64,000 nt of DNA from Patescibacteria group bacterium (GTDB lineage Bacteria; Patescibacteriota; Patescibacteriia; XYB2-FULL-38-15), in the NCBI GenBank assembly GCA_041737355.1, contig JBGSRW010000009.1, positions 5,323-69,322 on the forward strand. Reading direction: 5' to 3'. The translations under genes were made by a program, and so were the position numbers. Positions within the stretch are counted from its first letter, which is position 1. The number at the start of each line of letters is the position of its first letter. Below are positions 55,226-64,000 of this stretch, piece after piece. Below the pieces are notes generated by a model. It was not told the origin of the DNA. It made no database searches and saw nothing but the letters and a program-made list of their open reading frames with translations.

Positions 55226-55711
55226 ATGGCAGACGATAAGCAAAAAACTGAAGAAAAAAATGAAGAGGCGCAGACGGAACTGGAAGCGTGTAAAAAACAA
55301 GCCGAGGAATATTTAAACGGCTGGAAGCGGGCCAAGGCGGATTATCTTAATTTAAAAAAGGAGAGCGAAACAGCGAGCGCGGAATTGGCGCAATTTGTGG
55401 CGGGCGGAATGATGTTAAAATTTTTGCCGGTTTACGACGGCCTCAAAAAAGCCTGCGCGATGGAAACGAGCGGAGATAAATGGGCAGAAGGAATTTTAAA
55501 TATCAAAAAGCAATTTGAAGATGTTTTTAAGAAATTAGGCGTGGAAGAAATTAAAACCGTGGGAGAAAAATTTAATCCGGAATTTCATGAAGCAATCAGC
55601 CGGCAGAAAAAAGACGGCGTGGAGTCGGATATCATAATTGGAGAAGTTGGCGGAGGATATATGATGAATGGAAAAACAATCATCGCGGCCAAAGTAATTG
55701 TTAGTGAATAA
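55226..55711 (+). CDS. grpE: Nucleotide exchange factor GrpE
   Basis: RAKADYLNLKK, GEKFNPEFHEA and GY..NG..I.AAKV motifs. Confidence 0.93.
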   Translation: MADDKQKTEEKNEEAQTELEACKKQAEEYLNGWKRAKADYLNLKKESETASAELAQFVAGGMMLKFLPVYDGLKKACAMETSGDKWAEGILNIKKQFEDVFKKLGVEEIKTVGEKFNPEFHEAISRQKKDGVESDIIIGEVGGGYMMNGKTIIAAKVIVSE

Positions 55712-55738
55712 AAATTTAAATATTAATTTATAAAATTT

Positions 55739-56152
55739 ATGCCAATTATAAGATTCAATCCCTGGGAACAATTTGGAGAATTAGACAGATTTTTTGACGA
55801 GAACGCGCCCGGTTTTGTCCCGGCGTTAGACATTTATCAAACCAAAGACGCGGTCATCGTGGAAACCCCGCTTGCCGGAATTGATCCGGAAGATGTGGAG
55901 ATTTCCATTGAAAACGATGTCTTAACCGTCGACGGAAAAACCGAACGGCAAAGCGAAGTTGATGAAAAGAATTTTTACCGTAAAGAAGTCCGCTACGGAA
56001 GTTTTCATCGTTCGGTCCGTTTGCCCGTCGCGGTCGTCGGAAACAAAGCCGAAGCCAAATCGGAAAATGGAATGTTGAAAATCACCATCCCCAAAGCGCC
56101 GGAAGCAAAGAGCAAGGCGATAAAAGTTAAAGTGGTGAAGGGGAAGAAATAA
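55739..56152 (+). CDS. Hsp20/alpha-crystallin small heat-shock protein
   Basis: PALDIYQT, EVRYGSFHRSVRLP and NGMLKITIPK motifs. Confidence 0.93.
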   Translation: MPIIRFNPWEQFGELDRFFDENAPGFVPALDIYQTKDAVIVETPLAGIDPEDVEISIENDVLTVDGKTERQSEVDEKNFYRKEVRYGSFHRSVRLPVAVVGNKAEAKSENGMLKITIPKAPEAKSKAIKVKVVKGKK

Positions 56153-56218
56153 GAAATAAAAAAACGCGCCACCGATAAGGATCTCGAATGACGCGTGATG
56201 AGCAAGGAAGGCGTCTCG

Positions 56219-56572
56219 CTAGAAGTAACCCACACTAGCCCGTACGAGCGTGTACAAGTCTGCCTCCGGGCAGGGGTTTACGATTTCGTTCTCGGGCGGA
56301 TCCTTGGCAATACGCTTGAGAAAAACGACGTTGCAGTCTGCGTCCGCAATTTCCATCTTCCAAGAGGACGGCGTGAAACGCGCCACCCCCGACGGTTCCA
56401 ACGCGCGACTCCAACGACGCCAAGAAATCATGAACGCTTCGTCGGGTTCTACCCAACGCGCGGGTCTGCGTAGGAGATTGCCAACGACGTTTTGGCCGTC
56501 GCTGCGGTGCTCAATTATGATCCACCCGCCCAGATCCATGCGCCGAAGTCGGTCAACGTCATTCTTGTTCAT
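56219..56572 (-). CDS. Orphan hypothetical protein inserted antisense in the heat-shock region
   Basis: GGGAGGT SD 6 nt before ATG, TTGACT promoter near 56637, hairpin plus T-run at 56158-56196 on the minus strand. Confidence 0.65.
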   Translation of the reverse strand: MNKNDVDRLRRMDLGGWIIIEHRSDGQNVVGNLLRRPARWVEPDEAFMISWRRWSRALEPSGVARFTPSSWKMEIADADCNVVFLKRIAKDPPENEIVNPCPEADLYTLVRASVGYF

Positions 56573-56714
56573 GTCGCTACCTCCCTCTTTCTGTTTGCGA
56601 CGCGTTAATCTAATATCATTTAATCAAAAAAGTCAAGAGTAATTGTTTATAGATAGATTGTTCCGTGCATGCGGCGCGGAACAGAAATTTACAAATAATT
56701 AAGTATAAAAAATT

Positions 56715-58616
56715 ATGCCAAAAATTTTAGGTATAGATCTCGGAACAACTAATTCCTGCATGTCCGTTATCCAAGGTGGCGAGCCGAAAGTGTTGGAAAA
56801 TAAAGAGGGCGCGAGAACCACGCCTTCGGTTGTCGCTGTGACAAAAAGCGGTGAGAGAATGGTCGGACAGATTGCCAAGAGGCAGTCAGTGACCAATCCG
56901 GAAAACACGCTTTATTCAATTAAGCGTTTAATCGGTAGGCGATATGACGACGCCGAAGTTGGCCGCGACATGAAAGTTCTGCCTTTTAAAATTGTTCAGT
57001 CGGGAGTCGGCGTGAAAATAAAAATGTCCGACAAAGAATATTCTCCGCAGGAAATTTCCGCCATGGTCCTCCAAAAAATGAAAGCCGACGCGGAAGAAAA
57101 ATTGGGAGAAAAAATTGAAGAAGCGGTAATTACCGTCCCGGCTTATTTTGACGACGCCCAACGTCAGGCGACCAAAGAAGCCGGAGAAATCGCGGGGCTC
57201 AAAGTGCGCCGGATTATCAACGAGCCGACCGCCGCGGCCTTGGCTTATGGATTAGACAAAAAGAAAGGCCAGCAAATTGTTGTTTACGATTTGGGCGGCG
57301 GAACTTTTGACGTTTCAGTTTTGGATATTGGTCAGGACACGGTTGAAGTTAAATCAACAAACGGCGATACTCATTTGGGCGGCGACGATTTTGACCAGAG
57401 AATAATCCATTGGATTTTGGATGAATTCAGAAAAGATCAGGGGATTGATTTGTCAAAAGATAATCTGGCCTTGCAGAGAATCAAGGAAGCGGCGGAAAAA
57501 GCAAAAATAGAATTATCAACCGCCATGGAATCGGAAATCAACCAGCCGTTTATCACTTCCGATTCTTCGGGGCCGAAACATTTGGTAATGAAAATGACGC
57601 GGGCGAAATTGGAAGAGTTGGTCGGAGATTTGGTCCAAGCGACTTTGGAGCCGTGCAAGAAAGCATTGGCTGACGCGAAGATGGATATTAAAGATATTGA
57701 AGAAGTGGTAATGGTCGGCGGAATGACGAGAATGCCGTTGGTTCTGCAGACCGTGGAAAACTTTTTTAGAAAGAAACCAAACCTGTCGGTAAATCCGGAC
57801 GAAGTTGTGGCAATCGGCGCGGCAGTTCAGGCGGGCGTTCTTCAGGGAGAGGTGCGAGATATTTTATTGCTCGACGTAACGCCGTTAACTTTAGGTCTTG
57901 AAACCCTGGGCGGAGTAATGACTCCATTAATTAACCGCAATACAACAATCCCGACTTCCAAATCTCAGGTTTTTTCAACCGCGGCTGACGGACAGACATC
58001 GGTTGAAATTCATGTTCTGCAAGGCGAACGGCCGATGGCTCCCGATAACAAGACTTTGGGGCGGTTTATTCTTTCGGGAATTCCGACGGCGCCGCGCGGC
58101 GTTCCTCAGGTTGAAGTGACTTTTGATATTGATGCGAACGGGATTTTGAATGTTAAAGCAAAAGACAAGGCAACCAACAAAGAACAATCAATTACCATTA
58201 CCGCGTCAACTGGTTTGTCAAAAGATGAAATAGAAAGAATGAAAAAGGAAGCCGATCTGCACGCCGAAGAAGACAAGAAACGCAAAGAATTGATTGATTT
58301 GAAAAATACCGCCGAAACAATTGTTTACACCACGGAAAAAATGCTGAAAGACGCGGGAGATAAAGTTAAGGCCGAAGATAAAAAAGCGATTGAAGAAAAA
58401 ATTGAAGCGTTAAAAAAAGTGAAGGACGGAGAAGATAAAGAAGCTATCAAAAAAGCGGCGGACGATTTAGCGCAGACGGCGCAGAAAGTCGGCGCGGCGA
58501 TGTACCAGCAGCAGCCGCCGCAGGGCGGTCCGGCAGCCGGAGCAGGCGGAACCGAGCCGGAGAAAAAAGATGATAAAAAGAAAACAGTGGAAGGCGAATA
58601 CGAAGAAGTAAAATAA
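56715..58616 (+). CDS. dnaK: Chaperone DnaK
   Basis: [25 protein letters not shown] and NPDEVVA motifs. Confidence 0.98.
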   Translation: MPKILGIDLGTTNSCMSVIQGGEPKVLENKEGARTTPSVVAVTKSGERMVGQIAKRQSVTNPENTLYSIKRLIGRRYDDAEVGRDMKVLPFKIVQSGVGVKIKMSDKEYSPQEISAMVLQKMKADAEEKLGEKIEEAVITVPAYFDDAQRQATKEAGEIAGLKVRRIINEPTAAALAYGLDKKKGQQIVVYDLGGGTFDVSVLDIGQDTVEVKSTNGDTHLGGDDFDQRIIHWILDEFRKDQGIDLSKDNLALQRIKEAAEKAKIELSTAMESEINQPFITSDSSGPKHLVMKMTRAKLEELVGDLVQATLEPCKKALADAKMDIKDIEEVVMVGGMTRMPLVLQTVENFFRKKPNLSVNPDEVVAIGAAVQAGVLQGEVRDILLLDVTPLTLGLETLGGVMTPLINRNTTIPTSKSQVFSTAADGQTSVEIHVLQGERPMAPDNKTLGRFILSGIPTAPRGVPQVEVTFDIDANGILNVKAKDKATNKEQSITITASTGLSKDEIERMKKEADLHAEEDKKRKELIDLKNTAETIVYTTEKMLKDAGDKVKAEDKKAIEEKIEALKKVKDGEDKEAIKKAADDLAQTAQKVGAAMYQQQPPQGGPAAGAGGTEPEKKDDKKKTVEGEYEEVK

Positions 58617-58617
58617 A

Positions 58618-59697
58618 ATGGCAAAAGATTATTACAATGTTTTAGGCGTTTCAAAAGGAGCGAGCCAGGACGAAATAAAAAAGGCCTTCCGTGAATTGGC
58701 GCACAAATATCATCCCGACAAACAGGGCGGCAGCGCGGATAAGTTCAAAGAAATCAACGAGGCCTATCAGGTTTTGTCCAATCCCGAAAAACGCCAGCAA
58801 TACGATCAATTCGGAACCACCTTTGAACAGGCCCAAGGCCAGGGTGGTTTTTCCGGTTTTGACGGCTTCCGCGATTTTTCCGGATTTGCCAACGGTTTTG
58901 ATATGGGGGATCTTGGCGATATGTTCGGTTTTGGAGATATCTTTGGCGGCGGACGAAAAGCCAAGGGGCGGGCCGGACGCGGCCGCGATATTGAAGTGGA
59001 AATGGAAATAGATTTCCGCGAAGCGGTTTTCGGCGCGGAAAAAGTTTTGGATTTATACAAACCGAGCGCCTGCAAAAACTGCGGCGGCAGCGGAGCCGAT
59101 CCAAAAAGCAAAATTTCAACCTGCGCGAAATGCGGCGGCGCCGGCCGGGTTCAGGTTGTCCAGCGGACTTTTTTGGGGAACATCCAGTCGGTTTCAACCT
59201 GCCCGGATTGCGGCGGCGAAGGGAAAAAGGCGGAGCGGGAATGTCCGAACTGCCACGGCAACGGAGTTATAAGCGATTCCAAAAAGCTCAAGATAAAAAT
59301 TCCGGCGGGAGTTGATAACGGCCAAACCATCAAAATATCCGGCGAAGGGGAGGCCGGTAAACGCGGCGGCAGGGCGGGGGATTTATTTGTTACCTTCAGA
59401 GTCAGGCCGGACCGCGAACTCCGTCGCAAGGATAACGACATTTTAACCATTTTGGAATTAAGTTTTTCCCAAGCCGCGCTTGGCGAAAAAATCGAGATAG
59501 AAACCCTGGATGGAAAAATAAAATTAACCGTTCCGGCCGGAACGCAATCGGGACAAATTTTCCGGCTGAAGGGAAGAGGGGTTCCGCAGCTTGGCGGCTA
59601 CGGAAGAGGGGACCATCTCGTGGAAATAAAAGTTTTGACGCCGGCCAATCTCACAAGGCGCCAGAAGGAATTGCTCGAAGAGTTAGCCCGCGAGTAG
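58618..59697 (+). CDS. dnaJ: Chaperone DnaJ
   Basis: HPD J-domain, G/F-rich region, four CxxCxGxG motifs. Confidence 0.97.
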   Translation: MAKDYYNVLGVSKGASQDEIKKAFRELAHKYHPDKQGGSADKFKEINEAYQVLSNPEKRQQYDQFGTTFEQAQGQGGFSGFDGFRDFSGFANGFDMGDLGDMFGFGDIFGGGRKAKGRAGRGRDIEVEMEIDFREAVFGAEKVLDLYKPSACKNCGGSGADPKSKISTCAKCGGAGRVQVVQRTFLGNIQSVSTCPDCGGEGKKAERECPNCHGNGVISDSKKLKIKIPAGVDNGQTIKISGEGEAGKRGGRAGDLFVTFRVRPDRELRRKDNDILTILELSFSQAALGEKIEIETLDGKIKLTVPAGTQSGQIFRLKGRGVPQLGGYGRGDHLVEIKVLTPANLTRRQKELLEELARE

Positions 59698-59743
59698 TTT
59701 TTGTGATATAATTAAATAATATTCACATAAACTCTTTTGTTTT

Positions 59744-60289
59744 ATGCAATTTCTCCAATCAATCGACTGGGCGATGCCGACTTGGGATCTTTTTATCGTA
59801 ATATTTTTCGTGATCGCCGCTTTTCTTTACGGGCTTTCGCTCGGACGGGACAGGGTCATTGTAATTTTGGTTTCAATCTACATGGCTCTTGCGGTCATTA
59901 ATACCGCGCCGTATCTTAACGACTGGTCGGGAAAGGATATCAACGTCAATTTGGGGCCGAATTTCGCTTTCAAGGTAACTTTATTTTTGGGAGTTTTTAT
60001 CGCCCTGTTTTTTCTTCTTTCAAGAAGCGCTCTCTCGCGGGCCTTTGGATCGTCGGGCGGCGGGGGAAGCTGGTGGCAGGTAATTCTTTTCAGTTTTCTG
60101 CATATTGGTCTTATGATCAGCGTGGTGATGTCTTTTCTGCCTACTGAAACGGCTGAACATTTATTGCCGCTAACGAGGCAAATTTTTACGAGCGAGCTCG
60201 GTAAATTTCTTTGGATTACAACGCCGATCGCGGCTATGGTTTTGTTCAAAGGCGGAAGCAACCGCGGCCGGCCGCCGCTTGTTGAGTAA
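59744..60289 (+). CDS. Multi-pass membrane protein (CvpA-like)
   Basis: WDLFIVIFF..YGLSLG start; several hydrophobic segments. Confidence 0.7.
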   Translation: MQFLQSIDWAMPTWDLFIVIFFVIAAFLYGLSLGRDRVIVILVSIYMALAVINTAPYLNDWSGKDINVNLGPNFAFKVTLFLGVFIALFFLLSRSALSRAFGSSGGGGSWWQVILFSFLHIGLMISVVMSFLPTETAEHLLPLTRQIFTSELGKFLWITTPIAAMVLFKGGSNRGRPPLVE

Positions 60290-60307
60290 TTTTAAATAGT
60301 TATTACA

Positions 60308-60338
60308 AAAAACCGAGCCCGGGAAAGGGCTCGGTTTT
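60308..60338. terminator. Bidirectional terminator
   Basis: aaaaccgagccc/gggctcggtttt between convergent genes. Confidence 0.8.
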
Positions 60339-60354
60339 AATTTCATTAATTTAT

Positions 60355-61005
60355 TTACGGTTGCGGTACAGCCGGACGTTCAGGAGTTATTGTCAGGCGG
60401 ATTTCTTTTGCTTCGAACTGGGCAGTCATCTTTATGTTCGCGTCAGAGGTGACGGAAATAATGTCGCCAGCTTTCAAATCGGACAATTTCAATTCCTCCG
60501 TGGTAAATGCCTGCGGCGGCGCGGGAGGAGTTTCGTTGGGCGCTAAATTTCCCGTGCTTTGTCTATATTTTTCAAATTCAGCGGCAAATTCGTCCGGCGC
60601 TTTATTGGTTTGTTTTAGGATTTTTGTGTTTTCGCTTACCGTGATTGTTCTTTCCTCAGGCGCCTGTTCGGCCAGAGGATTGGCGACTGTCGGATCTGCT
60701 TTTATAGTAATTTTATTTTGGGCAACTGCCGATATTTTTCCGGAGATGGTAAAAATTTCTTCCGGTTCGGGGCGTAGCAAGCCGGATTTTTCAAGTTTGG
60801 CGCGGGCGGCATCAAAGCCGGCCTGGTAAGAATTATTTTGATTTCCGCCGAGAAGGCTAAGGACGGGGTAGTTTGCGTTGTTAGAGTTGATAGAGTAACC
60901 AGCATAGAAGGCGGCCAAAAGAATTATAAATAGGCCAAGTGCGATAATGAGGATTTTTAAAAACGCTGCAGTTTTTTTGGGCCTGGGTGTTAGCTCTTGT
61001 TCCAT
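60355..61005 (-). CDS. Membrane-anchored OB-fold-like hypothetical protein
   Basis: TM helix, ISGKISAV..ITI, ITVSENTKI and LSDLKAGDIISV. Confidence 0.75.
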   Translation of the reverse strand: MEQELTPRPKKTAAFLKILIIALGLFIILLAAFYAGYSINSNNANYPVLSLLGGNQNNSYQAGFDAARAKLEKSGLLRPEPEEIFTISGKISAVAQNKITIKADPTVANPLAEQAPEERTITVSENTKILKQTNKAPDEFAAEFEKYRQSTGNLAPNETPPAPPQAFTTEELKLSDLKAGDIISVTSDANIKMTAQFEAKEIRLTITPERPAVPQP

Positions 61006-61179
61006 AAATTTTAAGGTTAGTTTAATAATTTTGTGGAAAGATTATTTAATTATACCACTCTATTCTCCCTTGACAAAATGGCTAAAACGGATTTAAGTAT
61101 ATGGAGGCTTGTCTCGGAGTGAGACAGGTTTTTGTTCGAAAGCAGCTTCTCGGCCAAAAGCCGGGAAGGGAGGGAAAAA

Positions 61180-63603
61180 ATGAGGCTGTTCGTTCTTTTC
61201 ATTCTGGTACTTGGGGCGACCCAGGCATCGGAGGCCTTGGCGAGCGAGAGCTCACCTATTGGCGAAGCAGGGCAGGCCTACGAGGTCAGGCCCCGCGACC
61301 GGCTCGAGCGGGTGGCGGCGCATTTCGGCGTGACGATCGGAGAAATCATCTCCGCCAATCCGCCGCGCGCTTTCATCCGCGAATGCGTTGGCCAGCGCGA
61401 ACTTACGCTCCGTAACGGCGAGACGATCACTGTCTGCCGGCGGGTTCATTACGGACTTATCGCCGGAAAGACGCTCATCATCCCGGTTCCACGCTTGATT
61501 GTCGAATCGGAAAATGTCCGACTTGACGCGGAAAACACGGCTCTTGAGGCCGAACGCGACCAGGCCGAGAGAGAGAGCGATTTGTTGAAGCAAGAGCGCG
61601 ACGCTTTGCGCGCCGAACGCGATGAACTGAAGCGGACGGCCGAAGCAGCGCTTCGCGAGAAGGCCGAGATCCAGGGCCGCTACGACGAGCTGAAGCAAGC
61701 TTCTGCCGTGAGGCCGGAAAATAATGTGAACTCTCCGGCCGAAAGCAAGAGTTCCGCGCCTTCCGCGATGTATAATCGCGAGGCGTTCTTCTTCGTCATT
61801 CTGGCGATCATGGGATGCTCCCTGATTGTCATCGCACACAGGCATTTTACCCGTCCCGGATTGAAACTGAAGCGATCGGTCGAAGAACTCCGGCGCGAAC
61901 GGGCGAATTTTGAAATCGTGCGTTCCGCCTTGGCGGAAGAAGGCAAGGAACTTGCCGAGCGGCGGCGCCGGCTCGACGCCGAGGATCTGGAAATTCGCAC
62001 GCAGAGGTCGACGCTTGAGCGCGACCAGGAGAGTTTGCGGACTCAGCGCGATGAACTCGGCAAGTGGGAAGAGAGCTTGAAGGCAAGGGCAGCCGCCCCT
62101 GTGTCCGAGAAGCCGAAGACAGTCACTGCAATCGGCGTCCCGCCGATTTTCTCGCCCGTTCCGACTGGCGCGGAAAAAGCCAAGACCGAAGCGGGACTGC
62201 TGCAGGTCATGGTTGCCCGCGGGCGCCAACTCCTCGAAGAGGATTTCCGGACGCTTGCCGGACGCGAAGCAGCTTGCACGGCCCGTGAAAAGGCCATTGA
62301 GCGTCGGGTTGCGGCGCTTGATTCATTGCGGCAGGCCCTTGAAGACCGGGAGAAGAACCTTACCACAAAAGAACACGGGGTCGAAGAGTTGCGCAGGACC
62401 TTCAGCAGCGGGAAAGCCCGTTGCGACCTAACGGACATCGCCCAAACTGAACGGGAAGAGAATCTCGTTAAGGGTTTTGCCGATTTGACGGCTCAGAGAG
62501 ACCGTTTGGACAAGGAATTCGGCCAAAGGCAAATTGACCTTGACCGGCGTGCCACAGAGATCGACGGCAAGGTCCGGATGTACGACGAGGACATCGCTCC
62601 GGCGATCAAAAAGGCCCGGGAAGACCTCGCCGCCCGTGAGGCCGCTTTCGCCGAACGGGAGCGTGGGCTTGCGGAAACGGAAAGAAGCAACACGGCCCGT
62701 GCCGAAAAGCTTAGCGAAGACGAGCGCGCTTACGAACGCCGGATGCAGGAACTGAAGCAGACAGGCGACGACCTCGATCTGCGCGCTGAAAAGTTGGGCG
62801 AAGGCGAGCAGAAACTCAGCGAAGAACAGCTTGAGCTGAAGAACAACCGCGACGCCTTTGCCAACGAAGTCGACGCGGCTAAGGGTATTCTTACCCGGGC
62901 CAAGCGCAAGAAGGAAATCGTCGCCACGCTCGAAGAACGCGAAGCCGAAGTCGCTCGGCGCGAACGAGAATGTGAAGCGCGCGAAGGCACGCTTCAGTCC
63001 TGGTCGGAGCGGCTTAGCGAACGGGAACGAAAGGTTGTTCTTGCCGAGCTTCCGACAAGTGGGATACCCCACAGGCCGACACTGGCGCCGGCGTTTCCGC
63101 CTCTTCCGTTGCCCGGAGATATTACCCCTGGCACAAGCGCCGACGACGACAATCCTACGGTCACTTTCCAACCGCCGACGGACGAGGAAATTGATCCGAG
63201 GGCCGCGACCCACATTGAAATGAACCCCGGCCCGGCAATGGTAGTTGATTCTGTTGATATTGAGGGCGAAAGGGTAATCGGAACTTCCGAAGAACCGTCC
63301 GCCCCCGCAGCGGACTTGACGGTGCCGGACGGCTCGCTAACCTGCCGGCGCGAGGAGGACGGTCAGGAAGTTGATCTTGCCTCCGCTGAAGCACATATCG
63401 GAATCTGCCGGTCGCCGGCCGGAGCAGAGTCACCGCTCCGCGAAACCGGACCGCACATTCCGGTAGCGGCAGAGCCAATGCTGCACTCGGAAAGTTCTTT
63501 TTGGTGCAGCCTCTGCAAACGGGATATCCCTATGGATGACATGGATGCCCACCAGAAGCTGCATCAAGAGCAGGAAAACCACGGCCCGCTTGGCCAGGGA
63601 TAA
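61180..63603 (+). CDS. LysM-domain transmembrane coiled-coil protein with C-terminal zinc finger
   Basis: GGAGG SD; signal peptide; YEVRPRDRLERVAAHFGVTIGEIISANP LysM; TM helix; long E/R coiled coil; Pro-rich linker; CSLC-x11-H-x3-H. Confidence 0.8.
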   Translation: MRLFVLFILVLGATQASEALASESSPIGEAGQAYEVRPRDRLERVAAHFGVTIGEIISANPPRAFIRECVGQRELTLRNGETITVCRRVHYGLIAGKTLIIPVPRLIVESENVRLDAENTALEAERDQAERESDLLKQERDALRAERDELKRTAEAALREKAEIQGRYDELKQASAVRPENNVNSPAESKSSAPSAMYNREAFFFVILAIMGCSLIVIAHRHFTRPGLKLKRSVEELRRERANFEIVRSALAEEGKELAERRRRLDAEDLEIRTQRSTLERDQESLRTQRDELGKWEESLKARAAAPVSEKPKTVTAIGVPPIFSPVPTGAEKAKTEAGLLQVMVARGRQLLEEDFRTLAGREAACTAREKAIERRVAALDSLRQALEDREKNLTTKEHGVEELRRTFSSGKARCDLTDIAQTEREENLVKGFADLTAQRDRLDKEFGQRQIDLDRRATEIDGKVRMYDEDIAPAIKKAREDLAAREAAFAERERGLAETERSNTARAEKLSEDERAYERRMQELKQTGDDLDLRAEKLGEGEQKLSEEQLELKNNRDAFANEVDAAKGILTRAKRKKEIVATLEEREAEVARRERECEAREGTLQSWSERLSERERKVVLAELPTSGIPHRPTLAPAFPPLPLPGDITPGTSADDDNPTVTFQPPTDEEIDPRAATHIEMNPGPAMVVDSVDIEGERVIGTSEEPSAPAADLTVPDGSLTCRREEDGQEVDLASAEAHIGICRSPAGAESPLRETGPHIPVAAEPMLHSESSFWCSLCKRDIPMDDMDAHQKLHQEQENHGPLGQG

Positions 63604-63626
63604 GTGAAAAGCAGGAGGAAGCACAA

Positions 63627-63661
63627 TGCCGGACAATAAGCTTATTGTCCGGCGTTTTTTT
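63627..63661 (+). terminator. Rho-independent terminator
   Basis: tgccggacaataa/ttattgtccggcg plus T-run. Confidence 0.8.
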
Positions 63662-63673
63662 ATTTTGCCTTTA

Positions 63674-63801
63674 TGCCGTAGGCGGAAAAGTGGGAAGTAT
63701 ATTGTGAGCGAGCGGTAGCGAGCGAACTCTGCTCAAATGAGAATTCTAAAGGAGGATACTCCTTTAGTCGGAGGGCGGAATATAATAATCATCCGCCTGA
63801 C
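63674..63801. repeat. REP-like intergenic element
   Basis: aggcgga..tccgcct outer inverted repeat, tandem agcgagcg, taaaggag/ctccttta hairpin. Confidence 0.35.
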
Positions 63802-63861
63802 GATACTTTTTGTACTAATTTTTTTATGCTATACTATATTAATATCAAAACATTTCGCTTT

Positions 63862-64000
63862 ATGAATATGCGAATGCGATTTTTTCTTATTTGTCTGGCC
63901 GTAATTCTTTTTAGTACGGCCGGTGGTTTAGGTTTGCGTTTTGCCTTGGCTGCCTGGCAGGAACCGACCGCGGCTCCGCCGGACAATAATGTTCCCGGAC
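63862..64000 (+). CDS. 5' end of a secreted protein (AWxEPTxxPPxxNV motif)
   Basis: MNMRMRFFLICLAVILFS..ALAAWQEPTAAPPDNNVPG, runs off the window. Confidence 0.75.
   Translation, partial: MNMRMRFFLICLAVILFSTAGGLGLRFALAAWQEPTAAPPDNNVPG

Noticed and set aside
61252-63478. Long minus-strand ORFs inside the LysM gene
   Set aside because: Antisense shadows expected from GC-rich coiled-coil codon usage
1-64000. Alternative genetic code (TGA recoding)
   Set aside because: Conserved genes are full length under code 11, TGA terminates rlmH normally, and tRNA-Trp has a CCA anticodon

Overview
This is a 64-kb chromosomal segment, most likely from a Patescibacteria (CPR, Parcubacteria-like) bacterium. 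That assignment is inferred from the DUF4012/GT2/MreB cluster, TrmB-type regulator, GxGC lipoproteins, short HrcA, archaeal-type AMP phosphorylase and dimeric GlyRS. Almost all genes lie on the + strand. They cover envelope glycosyltransferases, mreB, holB, frr, glyQS, tpiA, fba, a Thr-Tyr-Thr tRNA cluster with rpmG, a MacAB-like exporter, rlmH, uppP, mgtA, rarA, an FtsI-like PBP, murF, a two-component island next to tRNA-Glu, and a CIRCE-controlled hrcA-grpE-hsp20-dnaK-dnaJ region. Scattered through this AT-rich, SD-less backbone are GC-richer stand-alone units, most with their own TTGACA-type promoter and terminator. The most striking is an apparently non-coding transcript of about 790 nt (52971-53759). 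It begins with a 155-nt tRNA-like cloverleaf whose D-loop and anticodon loop are replaced by extended hairpins, followed by nine closed stem/junction modules whose loops are complementary to other modules. It is a candidate new large ornate RNA. Other notable items are twin near-identical promoters driving structured small-ORF transcripts either side of a TrmB gene, two DGR-target-like genes sharing a 60-nt structured leader, a captured phage fragment with a C4-like antisense RNA bounded by an 85-bp duplication, and a stand-alone LeuA/CimA allosteric domain. No CRISPR array, rRNA, intact transposase/integrase or reverse transcriptase was seen. All family calls are by eye from motifs; no searches or folding programs were run.
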